Positions 1 to 13,213 are shown, counted from the first letter of the stretch. The stretch is DNA of 64,000 nucleotides from Felis catus (GCF_018350175.1 NC_058376.1:6758001-6822000), one strand, 5' to 3'. Notes: generated from the sequence alone by a model not told the origin. Numbers and translations: made by a program.

Positions 1-193
1 TTTATTTATTTTTGAGACAGAGAGAGAGAGCATGAACAGGGGAGGGTCAGAGAAAGAGGGAGACACAGAATCTGAAACAGGCTCTAGGCTCTGAGCTGTC
101 AGCACAGAGCCCGATGCGGGGCTCGAACTCGCAGGCGAGATCATGACCTGAGGCCGAAGTCGGCCGCTTAACACTGAGCCACCCAGGCGCCCC
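1..193 (-). mobile_element. Can-SINE (SINEC_Fc type), tail cut by window edge
   Basis: Reverse complement of ggggcgcctgggtggctcagt...(CT)n...aaataaa. Confidence 0.95.
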
Positions 194-1544
194 CTTGCTG
201 ACCTTTAAACAGAGGTAGTGAGGACCCAGCTGGGGAATGGAAATCTCTGGCATGGATTTTTTTTAAATTGTGCTCCTCCCCCGGCATTTTCCCAGACGCC
301 CTAGAACACTTAACAATTTCTATAAAAGATCAAGCTCGGAAACTGGCAAAACTGAGGTCGAGATCCTCCAGCAGATGAGCTCATGGGGACTCCACGGGCT
401 TCTCTGCATTCAAGGGCGGGGAGAGGGGCGTCCATTCTCCTTCCAGCTACACTTGGTTAATGGACAAAAGCGGGTAGCATGGCGGTTGACAAGGCTTGGG
501 TGTCTCTGTGTATTTGTGGTGACTTTACTGCTTGGCCATCACCAGAAGGTGATATAATGTGCTGTACAGAGAGCTCTAGAGCCCAGAGCGGCTGCCCCTC
601 AGTGTTGCAGCTAACAATGTGCAAGGTCACCACCAAGTCCACTTGCAGCGGCCATGACATCACCCCGAGTGGACACCCACAGATAGGGTGTCACCAGGCT
701 GGCTGCACAGGCTTCCATCATGAAGACTCGATGAGCTCCTGTCCTCCAAGATCTTACAGTCATTGCAGGTTGGCAAGGCACCACGAGACAAGCGGCTGTG
801 TGGGATTACACAGCGCACCGTATGGGATTCGGTTGAGATTATAAATCTGTGGATCGTAGAGGAAGGAAGGCCAGAGGGACTGTGGCTTGGTAGGGGAGGC
901 TCCTGGGGAACTGTTGGGGAAGGTCATCCAAAAGACGTGATCTCCAGTTGACCTGCGAGATGGACCCAGGCATTCAGAGGCTCCCTACTGCTCCTTATCC
1001 TTGGAACATGGGTTCTGCTTGCCTTTCCTGCTCCCAGAGTCTGCTCCAAGGACCCGGCCTTGAGATGGTGATGTGTCGAGAACACCCGTGTTCACGTGCA
1101 CGAGCCCAGATACAGCATCTTGATAAACTTTCAAGATTTGGTGTCAGAGCTGGTGCTGGGATTCATTCATCGTGCTGCCACCCAAGACGAGCCTCATATG
1201 TACTTTCCCTTGCTTATTAACACGGCCACCTACCCACCTGCAGTGACCACCTCTTTCTTTGGTCTCTCCCTGCCCTCTGCATATGGAGGAACGTTTCAGT
1301 TCTTGAGAGGGTCGCAACCAATGGAAGGCGGATGGACAGGTGAGATTTGAAGGTAGAAAGATTTGGAAGAGAAACAAGGCAGTTTCCCCCAGCCAGTGAA
1401 CCACCATGGGGGTAACTCACTGGGGGACAATGGACTGATGAGGTTCCCTAGAGCTGGGCCAGACCCTTGGGCTCCCGGCATCTAGTCCCTGGCCGGTCAC
1501 CCAGCCTCTCTTGGCCTGCTTCTTCACCTACAGAGCTGATGTAC

Positions 1545-2020
1545 AGAGGTATGTGCCCCCAAAGAATTGGAAACAGGGACTCAGATCTGTACACATGCAG
1601 GTTCGTAGTGGTATTATTCACCGTCGCCAAAGGGTGGAAACAACCCAAATGCTCATCCATGGACAGGTGAGTAAACAAAATGTGGTCTATCACACAACAG
1701 GATATTGCTCACTACAAAAAGCAATGAAGTTCTAAGACACGCTACCATGTGGGTGAGCCTTGAGAGCCTTAGCCAAGCAGGAGAAGACATTTTCCAAGAC
1801 CACATAGCATACGATTCATTTCTTTGAAATATCTAGACTAAGTGATTGCTCGTGGATGGTGGCCATGGGTTAGGGAGAGTGTCTGCTAAGTGGTTGTGGG
1901 GCTTCGGGGGTGGTGTGTGAAAATGGTTTGGAGATGCAAGCACGACGTGGTGGAAACGTTGAATGCCACTGAACTGTTCGCTTTCAAATGGTTAATTTTA
2001 TGTTAGGGGAACTTGCCCCG
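1545..2020 (+). mobile_element. L1MB-like LINE 3' end
   Basis: ggaaacaacccaaatgctcatcc...aatgccactgaactgttcgctttcaaatggttaattttatgtta, typical old L1 3' UTR. Confidence 0.85.
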
Positions 2021-3609
2021 AGTGACAAAAAGGAAGGGGGAAAATGGGGTATTGTACTAAATCTGAGCATTTCCGACTTTCCTCTGGAACCCGACGAATT
2101 CTGGCGGGGAGGCCTCAGGTGGCCTCGTGGGGTGGTGGAGTGTTTACGAGGCCTGGCCACTGTCCGAGCTCTGCTGAGTATTTATTGCTCTGGGAGTCCG
2201 TGGAAAGGTTCATGTGAAGCAGAGCCCGATAACAGTATATTTCTTTAATTGACGAAAAGTGAGATCATCCCTCCAGTGTCTTTTCCAGACCAAAAATTCA
2301 TGCAGGGATTGGCCACATGTCAATTTTCAGCATCGCTTAGATTTCTTCGCGTTGTGATGGGTACGCTGAGCCTACAGACCTTCTAAATGAAGGGCAGATG
2401 AAAATGGCAGGTGTCCCTGGCTTGGTGTCTTCAGAGAAAGTTTGGCCATAGAGTTTTCTAGGCATCCTGAAACTCACTTTCCAATGGGAAGTCTGGATGG
2501 GATGGCCGTGACAAGCTCCTCATTGGCTGGACAGATGGGATTTCTTCCTCCAGGCGTGTTAGGGACACTGACACATCAGCATCATGGGGAGCTTGTTGGC
2601 AATGTGCGATGTCAGCCCCACCCCCACCTGGATCTGAATCGGCACTGTCACATGGTCCTGAGGCTTGTCATGTTGCTAGAAAGGACTGTTCAAAGGCTGA
2701 AGGTCAGCCACCTGCCTCCATTCCCAGGCAAAGCTCCCAGAGCCGCCATGTCCTTGTGATAAGAAGACGGAAATAACCATCCTGGTAGAATCTAGCTGGA
2801 TTCGGCAAGAGACGCCAGACCCAGCCCAGATCAAACACACGGGACTCACCTTATGGGAATCTGTTTATCTAAGTCTGACATCTGGGATTCTTAGGGTTTA
2901 CTAGGATTCCTGCAAGTGGCCTTGGGTCTAAGGTTCAGTCCTGATGGAAGTTTCCCATTTCACCCCACATTCGGAGTTGAAATCCAACGTTTGGACTGAA
3001 AGATACTTCGTTGGGTTTTTCTTAAACAAACATGACCCAGGAAATTGAAAAATATAGGCTCACGGACTTACAAAATAGAGCTACTTAATAAGTTGGTGTT
3101 TCTGGATAGTCTTTAAAGGGCCCTTTACAGCTTGTGCAGATAACACTTACCAGCAATGTACTCTAACTGTCCCATAAACCAGGAAGGGCACATTGCCTAA
3201 TAAGCCATGGTCCCTGAGCGTTCAGAAAATGACTACTTCCGTGTTGAATGTGACCCTGTCCTTTCATATGTAATTTGAGTAAATGATAAAAGTAGCAATT
3301 AAGTTTTAATAGGAAATATTTACCCCCCTTTTTTAAACCACTGCCAATATATACAATGAACGGTCTGTATATCTATTACCTTCAAGATGGAATCTAGGTT
3401 GCTTTTATGGTAAACATAGGGAAACTTGCTCTACTTCAAAGATTTTCTTTTTCCACCTAATGGGGTTTTTCATTAACCAAGGCTTTATTTTGGTTGTTCC
3501 ATTCTTGTTGTTACCGAAATGATAGTTTCCTCTCGACAAAACATTTCTAATACAAACAGAAAATCTAAAAGCTGGTGGGATATCTCTGAGATTGTACTTG
3601 TGTGTTTAA

Positions 3610-3818
3610 TTTTTTTAATGTTTATTTATTTTTGGGAGACAGAGAGACAGAGTGTAAGCAGGGAAGGGGCAGAGAGAGGGGAGACCCAGAATCCGAAGCA
3701 GGCTTCAGGCTCCGAGCTGTCAGCACAGAGTCTGATGTGGGGCTCAAACTTAGGACCTGTGAGATCATGACCTGAGCCGAAGTTGGAGGCTTAACCAACT
3801 GAGCCACCCAGGCGCCGC
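3610..3818 (-). mobile_element. Can-SINE with 17-bp TSD
   Basis: SINE body; tgtacttgtgtgtttaa at 3593-3609 and 3819-3835. Confidence 0.95.
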
Positions 3819-4776
3819 TGTACTTGTGTGTTTAAAGAAAAAAAAAAAAGGTGAAAAAGAAATGTTTCTGAGATCCTAAGTGTAATAAAAATCTTCCGAA
3901 TCCCACTGTGTCTCAGGGTCACAACTGGCTAATTAAAAACTGCTGACATTATTTAGACTACAGATTAAAAGTTGCTTTTCAGTTGTCTCTAAGCTTTTGA
4001 ATGTTTGTAATGTCTGGGTTTTCTTTGCTGTCACTTGAATTGTTCCTTATTCAGCAAATTTTCATAATAAATATACTACTATCCTGCAGCTTACAAATAA
4101 TTCCATGGCGTGTGAAACCAAGGACAAGGTCTTCCACTTGGAAGGTTTCGAGGAATAACTATGATGAATAATAGGTTAAGATCAAAGAACATTCTCACGT
4201 ATCTGATTCCTGTCGCCCATGTTCTTTCAACCATAAATACCACTTACAGAGCGTGTGCTCTAGTCCGGGCCTTGAGTCAAGTCTAGCAAAGGAGCTGAAA
4301 ATCTGAAAAGTCACCAAGAACTTTGCGAATCTTACACTCTAGATGCTTTCTCCGAATCAAAGAACATTAAGTGAGTAATTCATTCTGTGCTTGGCCAGTG
4401 GTGTGGACAAAGCCTGCACTGGGCGCTCTGAGCAAGCACAGGCCACTTCTGCTCACACAAAGATGCTCCCCCAGCCCGTCCTCCATGCTCAAATCATACT
4501 GCTTGTTTGTTTTTTTTTCCCAAACACCAAAATATATCTCCAGATTCCAGTTAGAAAGAAAGTCTGCATTTGGTATTGTTCTTCACGTTCATGCTGAGGA
4601 AATGCAAATCGTGGATCAGAGAGCATCTCACTCAATTAATGGAAATTAAATAGCATTAAGACCAATTAGGTCTGGAGATGCTGAGGTTTCACAGAGGTGA
4701 CTAATACTATCTAGATCTGAACAGTCAAACTGCCTAGATCAGGATTCCTTCAGGTACAAGTGACAGAAATCGAGTT

Positions 4777-5357
4777 NNNNNNNNNNNNNNNNNNNNNNNN
4801 NNNNNNNNNNNNNNNNNNNNNNNNNNNNNNNNNNNNNNNNNNNNNNNNNNNNNNNNNNNNNNNNNNNNNNNNNNNNNNNNNNNNNNNNNNNNNNNNNNNN
4901 NNNNNNNNNNNNNNNNNNNNNNNNNNNNNNNNNNNNNNNNNNNNNNNNNNNNNNNNNNNNNNNNNNNNNNNNNNNNNNNNNNNNNNNNNNNNNNNNNNNN
5001 NNNNNNNNNNNNNNNNNNNNNNNNNNNNNNNNNNNNNNNNNNNNNNNNNNNNNNNNNNNNNNNNNNNNNNNNNNNNNNNNNNNNNNNNNNNNNNNNNNNN
5101 NNNNNNNNNNNNNNNNNNNNNNNNNNNNNNNNNNNNNNNNNNNNNNNNNNNNNNNNNNNNNNNNNNNNNNNNNNNNNNNNNNNNNNNNNNNNNNNNNNNN
5201 NNNNNNNNNNNNNNNNNNNNNNNNNNNNNNNNNNNNNNNNNNNNNNNNNNNNNNNNNNNNNNNNNNNNNNNNNNNNNNNNNNNNNNNNNNNNNNNNNNNN
5301 NNNNNNNNNNNNNNNNNNNNNNNNNNNNNNNNNNNNNNNNNNNNNNNNNNNNNNNNN
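4777..5357. other. Assembly gap (N run)
   Basis: 581 Ns. Confidence 1.
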
Positions 5358-5359
5358 CA

Positions 5360-5480
5360 GCTGGATCCAGGGTCTCAGATGATGTCACCAGATCTAGCTC
5401 TCTTCCACCTGTCAGCTCTACCTGCTTCTGCTTGACTTCGGCCTCAAGCAGATGTTCTCCATGTTGTTGTAGGACGAGGA
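5360..5480 (-). mobile_element. Old MLT1 (ERVL-MaLR) LTR fragment
   Basis: ctggatccagggtctcagatgatgtcaccag...ctcttccacctgtcagctct resembles older MLT1 LTRs. Confidence 0.55.
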
Positions 5481-5684
5481 CATCTCTAGTGGCATTTCCT
5501 TGTCTCAGCCTGCCTCCCTCTGTTCCCAGTGTCCTGTCTCCATTTGAAATCAGGTGCCCCTTCTTCAAAAGACACCTCCTCTCCTTGCAGATGGAGGAGG
5601 TCCCATCCCTGCCTCCCTTCCTGGGTCTTATACACGTGGGTGCTTCAGCTGGGGGTACAGAAGTAGTTGGTCCTGGGCTCAGGG

Positions 5685-5850
5685 CAGTGGTCTCAGGGGG
5701 AAGGGTGTGTGTGATTTTGCTCCCAGGGGATATCTGGCCATCTCTGGGACATTTTTTGGTTATCACAACTGAGACGCTGCTACATATCCTGATCCTGCAG
5801 GCACAGGACAGCCCCACCACAGAGACGTGTCCAGGCAACAGTGCTGATGG
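5685..5850 (+). mobile_element. MER20 (hAT-Charlie) DNA transposon
   Basis: gattttgctcccaggggatatctggccatctctgggacattttttggttatcacaactg...gcacaggacagcccc. Confidence 0.85.
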
Positions 5851-6219
5851 GAGGGGGGTCAGCACGGAGGCTGTTGGGGTGAGGCACTGGTGACGGTGGC
5901 CCATAGGGCTTGTGTTGTGGCCACTGCAGAAGAAAGATCCCCTTGCCTGAGCCCGGCTGTCGGCATCCGGCGGGTCCCTGCGGAGAGCATCTGGCTGTCC
6001 AGGACTGTCCCAGCCTCATTGACCTTTGGGGAACAGCACTGGCCTCTGGGAAGGGGGCGTTGCCTGGAGTGGCGCCAGCTCTTACCCTCCCCTGGACCTG
6101 CTCTTGTGCGGTTCTCCCCTTCCCCCTGTGTGGCCTCGATGTACCCGGGGACACGCTCACACAAACTCTAAGTGGAGGTATTTTTGTTTTCCGGGGACAC
6201 GACCACTTGCCCACAGCAT

Positions 6220-6630
6220 GATATGTGAGGCAGAGTTTGCTGTTTCCCTGAAATATCTTTCTTCCAAAGAATAGAAATTTTAGCCGGGTACGTGCCGCCT
6301 CGAGGAAAGACTACATTTCCCTGCCTCCTTTGCGGCGAAATGAAGACATGTGACTGGTTCTGGCCAATGAGACAGCAGCAACAGAGTCCTGGCGCAGAGC
6401 CCGGAGCCTTCCTACTGATTGGCATGCGGAAGAGGCGCCATTGAGGACCGCGAGACTAGGACCCAGCCACAGGGGTGACCAGCTGGAAGGACAGAAGGAC
6501 GTGGGCCTTAGGGCCTGGTGGAGTGGACCTGGACCACCTCTCCCAGACTTTGCAAGAGAAGGAAGCCCCCGCGCATGTGTTTAAACCACTGTTATTTGGC
6601 GTCTCTGACATCGACCTCATCCTAACTTAT
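6220..6630 (+). mobile_element. Old MLT1 LTR (MLT1J-like)
   Basis: aagactacatttccctgcctcc...catgtgactggttctggccaatgag and 3' tttaaaccactgttatttggcgtctctg. Confidence 0.8.
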
Positions 6631-7637
6631 GGAATATGTAAATCCTTCACCTTCAGACTTTTACCATTTAAAGTGTTTTTGGACTAAAACGGAGGGGTCT
6701 GAATAGTGAGTGCAGACTGGTGGTCCGCCCACAAGGTGCCCAGGGTGCAGACATCTAGAGAGGCGGGCGGCCTCACCTAGACTGACGTCCTTTGTTGTCC
6801 GCGTGTTGCCACAGCCTGCTCGGCCTTTTGCTGCAATCTGGAAAGGAAGATCCCCTGGATCACTCAAGAGAACATGGTTGACATTTATGGTGCCTGAGAA
6901 CACCCCAGAGATGCTTCAAGGGGTGTGCTGATGTCCAGACCCTTCCATACAAAGGAAAAACAAAACACTGGCCACAAACCTAGCCCCCCAGGAGATGTGG
7001 GAGGTCTTCTAAGTGATTCAACCCAAGTTAGAGGAGCGGGACACCAACTAACGGGGGAGGGATAGTGTCTGGGAAGGTCCCACGACACCCCCTTCCTAGC
7101 AGCGTCAAGCACATAACGAACCGGGTCGCTTGTTGGCCCCGGGAGGCTGGTCCAGATGCGCGTGAACCTCCACTGCATTCCTGACTGGCTGGTGCCCGGC
7201 TGTCCTCTTCCCAGTGGGTGGCCCAGCTGGGACCTAGGAGGCAGAGAAGCATGGGGCCAAGGCGGGGCATCTGTCCCCACTCCTCAGTGTCTCTTTCTGA
7301 AAGGCCTGGGAGAGGAAGAGAAAGGAGGAGGAGGGGTTTCTTTTTCAACCCGGGGAGGCCTTCAGCTCTCCCCAAGTCCCGACACTCTCCCCACGCACAG
7401 CCCTCTCCACCACCCTCTTCCCCTTCTGTCCCACTGTGAACACGGCCCAAGCCTGCCATCCGAGCCCCTCCACGCTGGGTGCTGCCTTTCCCTGGTGATC
7501 CGGGCACCCTGCTCATCGCCCCTGCCGCAGCTCAGCCCCCTTCACCTCTCCTTCTGAGAAATCACCCCCTCCCTGCCCCCAGGACAGGAGGAACTGGGCC
7601 TCAAACCCAGGATTTCCTTTCTTAAATATATTCTTAC

Positions 7638-7701
7638 TTTTTTAAGTTTATTTATTTATTTTGAGAGAGCGAGAAAGCATGCCTAAGCACAGGAGAGAGA
7701 G

Positions 7702-7735
<34 letters not shown>

Positions 7736-7857
7736 CCCAAGCAGGCCCTGTGCTGTCATTAAAGAACCAGAGGTGGAGCTTGATCCCACGAACCATGAGA
7801 TCGTGGCCTGAGCCTAAACCAAGAGTCAGACAATCGTCTGAGCCACCCAGGCGCCCC
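7638..7857 (-). mobile_element. Can-SINE
   Basis: SINE body, (GA)n tract, ends gagccacccaggcgcccc. Confidence 0.93.
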
Positions 7858-8295
7858 TCACATCCCGGATTTCTAATTCCCAAGGTGTTCCTCTCTTTCT
7901 CTCTCCCTCCTTTGCTTGCTCTCCTCCTGTCTCCATGTACCACAGTTCCTTGGGCTGTAAGATATTTGGATAATATAGAAACACAGAAGGTTTTGACCAG
8001 TAGCGAATATGGTCGAAATTTAAGATGCTTAACTAATTAATTATTTTTTTTTTTGGTGACGACGAAGGTCTAGGTTTCCTTTTTTTTTTTTTTTTTTTTT
8101 GGGAATGACACTATAATAAAATGCTATGATTAAGAGCTGAATCACAGTTGTTTAAAATTAGTTTCTTTAGCAGAGCCAATTAGCAACGCTAAAATTACCT
8201 GCAGTGTTCTCCTTGAATGACCAAGGGGTTTGGATACACAAAGTCCCTGAGCAGGAGAAGGAGACAGTAAAGTGTTCTTTGAGAGGAAAAGTCCA

Positions 8296-8534
8296 GGGGC
8301 AGCTGGGCGGCTCAGGTGGTTGAGCGTCTGACTCTTGATCTCTGCTCAGGTCAGGATCTCACAGTTTTGGGAGTTCGAGCCCCTCACCGGGCCCTCTGTC
8401 CTGACAGTGCAGAGGCTGCTTGGGATTTTCTCTCTCTCTCTCTCTCTCTCCCTCTCTCTCTCCCTCTGCCCCTCCACCACTCGTGCTGTCTCTGTCTCTC
8501 TCACATAAATAAATAAAACTTAAAAAAAAAAATA
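8296..8534 (+). mobile_element. Can-SINE with 14-bp TSD (1 mismatch)
   Basis: agaggaaaagtcca 8282-8295 / agaggaaaaatcca 8535-8548. Confidence 0.93.
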
Positions 8535-9641
8535 AGAGGAAAAATCCATTCTCAAAAAGTGCCTGCCCAACAAGTGGGAAAGGACTGTCCGCCTGAATGG
8601 CAGAAATGTTTCTCTGAGCTGTGGGGCGAGTGTGAGTCCCAGGAGGTTGTATCCAGGGGGGGACACGCACTGTGTCTGCAGCGCTGGGGGGGTTCCATCA
8701 GCAAAGGGGCGCTCTGCCCGGCTGAGAGATGCATTACCTCGCTCTCTAGAAATAATGGCCATTACCACTTAATCCCTGGCACACGGTGCCGATAATGTAC
8801 CAATTAATGACTAATTAGGAAGATTTTTTCCAGAACATTAGGTTTTGGGAGAAAGACTTATTTGAGAGCCCTGGCTCCAATCTCTTCTCTTTTTTCCTGT
8901 GGTTTTCAGCTCAGCAGGCCGCCAGCAATTCTGGCTTTGTTTACAGGGACTCCGTGGCTCTTCCATTCACTTACTCTGTTAAAGTAGCTCAGTAAATCAG
9001 GCTGCCCTGACCAGGGTCACCCTAGAGCCTAGGGAACGAGATGTGAGCCCTGCTCTCCCGCTGTGAGATGGATTTCTGTTTGATTCTCCCAGTGCAGAAT
9101 TCCCGAATGCCTGTGCGAGCCAGGAAGGAAGGCAAACAAATAGTCCTTTCTGGGAGGGAGAGGTTGGGAGGACAGAGGTGAGCGGAGGAGGGTGGAGACC
9201 AGGGTGGGGGGACCCATGCGCAGGGATGCGGTGCCCCTGTGGGCCGTGGAGGGGAAGCGGGAAGAAGAAAGTTCAACATGATTCCTGACTTTGGGAAGGA
9301 AGAGGCAATGGTGGGTGACCAGGGACCAGCCAGTTATGGACGGACAAACACTTCTGAGTCCTAAAGAGCGATCTACGTTCCCCTCGGTCGGCATCTCCAT
9401 GGAGCTCCCACCGTGTGCCAGTAGGCACTGGGGCGTGGTGGCAGAAAGCAGGTTGTCCTCATGGACTGTGTAGTTTAAGACAGTCTCCCACCCCCAGCCC
9501 TGTTGACATGTCGGGCAGGACCATTCTTTGGCGTGGGGGGGGGCTGCCCTGGGCATCGCGGGGTGTCCAGCAGCATCCCTCGCTTCTACCTGCCTGATGC
9601 CAGGAGCGCGGTAGCGTCCTGCCTGCCCTTGACCGTCCAGA

Positions 9642-9660
9642 TTGTCTCCAGATGGCGCCG
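9642..9660 (+). promoter_or_regulatory. Candidate CTCF site
   Basis: ttgtctccagatggcgccg fits the CCASYAGRKGGCRS core with one clear mismatch at a conserved position; CpG-rich unique flank. Confidence 0.4.
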
Positions 9661-10489
9661 TCTGTCCCCGGGGGGTGGGGGTGGGGTACACATCACGGCC
9701 TCCCGCCCGCCATTGGTCTGATAGAAAAGCCAGACGATAAATAAAATAAATACGACAAAGCAGGGGTCAGGGGGAGGGCCACGGTGGGTCCTACCGGGAG
9801 GTGCCAGTTGAACGAAGTCCCCGAGGAGGGGAGAGAAGCAGTGACGGTGGACGGGAGCTTTCTGGGCGAAGGAGACCAGGGAGAGGGGCAGGCCTGGCAC
9901 GTACTGGCCAAGCAGGGAGCTGGAGGAGGGCGGCCGGGCCGTGGAGGACAGACAGAGGCCAGGGGCTCCGGTGCTGCGCGGACAGGACTTGACCGATGCC
10001 CTGGGGCTCAGGGAGGTCCGTGCAGGCAGGGATGGGCCTTACGCCGCTGGTCATCTCACGGATCCGTGGGGCGGAGGGCCAGGGGGGTTCGCTGCCTTCC
10101 CTGCTTGGGGTCTCGCAGGCGGGAACCAAGGGTGGGCCAGCTGGGCTCCTGCACTAAGAGGGAAATCCACTTCCAAGATCTTCCATGTGGTTGGCAGATC
10201 CCGGTTCCCTGGGCCTGTGGGGTTGGGGTCGCGTCCCCCCCACCCCCACCCCAACCACAGCTGTCAGCTGGGGGCCCCTCGCCAGCCGCGCTCCCCGTCC
10301 CTGCAACTCGGAGCCAGGAAAGGCATGATACATGCTTCCGCTTCTTGGGGTCTTTCTGTTTCTCCGTCTGCTGCCCGTTCCTCTGCTTCTGGCGAGAGAA
10401 AGTTCTCCGTTGTCAAGGGCTCATGGGAGTAGATCGGGCCCATCTGGATAATCCAGGCCATTTTCTCTATTTTAAAGCGTGTGCCCCTT

Positions 10490-10590
10490 AATTATATCTG
10501 AAAAGTCCCTTTAGCCTGGAAACACAATACTCACGGGTCCCAGGGCTTAGGACGTGGACATCTTTGGGGACCGCTGTTCCCACCGCAGTT
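10490..10590 (-). mobile_element. MLT1 LTR terminal fragment
   Basis: tcacgggtcccagggcttaggacgtggacatctttgggg. Confidence 0.7.
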
Positions 10591-10905
10591 CTGAAACAAG
10601 GGTGTGGTTTCACTGGCCTGCGTATGAAGCTCTTACAAAGTGAGCGCTGCTGGGAGCTTACCCAGGGCGTGACTCCTTGTGCCGGTTTTTCTCAGCGACT
10701 CTCCTTCACACCCTCCGCGACCAAGGCAAGGCGTGTATGAACTACAGGGAACACGTCCTGGACATCTGCACTCCCTGCCGGGCCTGGTGGTGAGGGTCCC
10801 CCCGACCACGCTTAGCACAGGTGTCTCCTGGGGAAGCAGGTTCAGGGAGATGGGCCTCGCTCACCGACTGTAGGAGAAGGTGCCCATGCCTGAAATCACA
10901 TTCTT

Positions 10906-11118
10906 TTTTTTTTTTTTAAGTATATTTATTTATTTTGAGAAAGAGAGAGTGCATGAGCAGGGGAGGGGCGGAGAGAGGGGGAGAGAAAGGATCCCAAGCA
11001 GGCTCCGCCCTGTCAGCACAGAGCCTGACGTGGTGCTCGAACTCACAAACCGTGAGTTCGTGACCTGAGCTGAAATCGAGAGTTGGGCGCTTTACCGGCT
11101 GAGCCACCCGGACGCCCC
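10906..11118 (-). mobile_element. Can-SINE with TSD
   Basis: gaaatcacattctt / ggaatcacgttctt flanks. Confidence 0.93.
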
Positions 11119-11959
11119 TGGAATCACGTTCTTCTGTGAAATTCTTCTCTCCTAGAGCAGCCCCCACACATCACCCATCACTTTTCACTCCTGTTCACCA
11201 AAAGGGGAGCAGGAAGAACCAGCAGCCGGTGCTTCTATGATGAGAAGGTGCTTTAGGGAGAGCCCGGTGAGGCCCAGCAGGCCAGTTCTGGGAAAGAGGA
11301 AATGTTGGCCTGTCTAAAGCCCCATTGTCTACCTTTTTTATTGTTATTGAGCTGCAGTGGCTCTGCTCGTGAGTCAAGGGAAAGCACAGGATTCGAACAA
11401 CGACTGAAATCCCAAGGCAGGTGGGGGAACCGGTGATGGGAATGGTCCAGCCTAAGAGGGAGGCTGTAACCGAGAGCCCGGGGATTCAAGAGGGAGAGGC
11501 CTGGGAAACTCCAAGGCCCCCAAAGGGGTTTGAGCTGAGAAAGGGGCAATGAAGCCGAGGTGACGAGATCCACCATGGGGGCTCGAGGTGACACATTGCA
11601 TCACCCACGAAGATGAAAAGGAGCACACGTTCCATAGCAACCAGACCGAGAAGGGACAGGTGTACGTGGGTGTGCGCAGCTGGGTGCAGAAGGTTCTGCT
11701 GAGTTCTCAGGGCCTGGGGGCCCAGCACCCTGCTTTGTTATCCCCATTTCAACCAGGCTTTTCCAGCTGTGACACAGGTGTACCTGTTTAGGACGGAGCA
11801 GCGCCTTCGAACAGCACCGATGTGCGTACCCTCCCCACCTCTGCCCAGCACGGCAATTGTAAGCGCTCAGCGAACATCGCTTCCTGCCTCCCTCTATATG
11901 CAGCTTACGTTTGACCTCGTTAGGAAGTTCTAGAAAAGGGAAATCCCGTCCAGTGTCAG

Positions 11960-12165
11960 AGAGCCATTCAGTGGTTGTCTAGGACCAGCAGTGGGACTGA
12001 TTACAGAGACGTACAAGACACTTCAGGGCAATGGGACCAATTCTATATATTTCCTGGTTCTGTGGATTATGTGTTTGCATTGGTCAAAACTCATCAAACC
12101 GAACAAATGAGCTGGATGCATTGTGTCGTGTGTAAATTACGTATATACCGATCACATCGATTTAA
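11960..12165 (+). mobile_element. L1MC-like 3' end
   Basis: cagtggttgtctaggac...gtcaaaactcatcaaa...gtgtaaattacgtata. Confidence 0.7.
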
Positions 12166-13213
12166 AACCCAGGGAGGGCCATAGTCGCTCAGGAGAGGGG
12201 AGAACCGCAGGACCGAGTTGAATTCGGGTCCTGTCACAGATGACCGTGGTGAGCCTGGGCCAAGTCCCCGAGCTGCCGAGGCACTTCTTCTCCATCCTCC
12301 GGAAGAAGCGATGTCCCTGACCCCGTCCCAAGGCACGGGGCTGGGCTCGTGTGCTCGCTGGCCATCACGCGGCACTTAGGACCGATTACCGAGTGTGGCG
12401 TAAACGCTGAGTGGCAGCCTTGCTCGTAATGATGGACCTGTTGGGGCAGGTGGCTATTAAGCGCCTACCTGGATAAAGATGGCCCATTAGATACGGCTGC
12501 CACACTTTTATCTGATGCCGGTTTGGTATCTGCGCAACAGGTGTCCTTTGAAGGATGAAAAATAAGCAAGCAAAGTCAGGGAAATTGGAGTTTCCTTTCC
12601 GACTCTAACAGTTCGTGCCCTCCCATTACTGGACAGGGCGGTGAGCTGCCCTGGGGGTTTCCTAAGCAGCCCAAGGCGTGATCTTACCAAACTCCTTTAG
12701 CCCTTTGATGCCTGTGTCCCTACCTGAACCACAGCTCGGGAAGGGCTGATGGTTAGCGCGTGTGGTCACTCTGACAGCCCTGGGTTTGAGTCCTCCCGGA
12801 CAGCAGTGGTGAGAAGACTAGGCAGGGCCAGGAGCCTGAAGGGGGACCCCCGAGCACGTGAGGGGGGTTGGCTTAGGGACGAGGGGCTGGAGGAGGCGGG
12901 GCGCCGAGCTGCGCTATGGAGACTTCTTAGTTCTTCACCTGAAAGTGGGGGGGCAGTGGTTGTACCCTCGTCCCAGCATGTGGCGAATATTAGACAAGCT
13001 GATGCTTACGAAGCACCTAGAATATTGCTGGGGACGTGAGGACTCGTTAAACAAAGTAAAGGACTAAGCAAATGAGGTCGTATGTGTGAAACTCCTAACA
13101 CTAGTTCTGGGATTATGGTGATGCCCAATTTATGCTGGAGAGGGTCCTGCTTCAGTGTCTTCTTTGGTAGAATTAACTAAAACAGAATTAGGTTTTAAAT
13201 AGCCAGCATCGTA

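Noticed and set aside
4750-5904. Longest ORFs in the track (384 and 377 aa; also 33799-34561, 20651-21049, 56232-56740)
   Set aside because: They run through N gaps, so their length is an artefact
6780-6935. Protein-like frames after a plus-strand acceptor (CSAFCCNLERKIPWITQENMVDIY)
   Set aside because: No convincing donor, no recognisable family, stops follow shortly
8188-8235. 48-nt minus-strand AG...GT segment, frame-compatible with the 63-nt candidate at 3151-3213
   Set aside because: Joined peptide not recognisable; such short segments are common by chance
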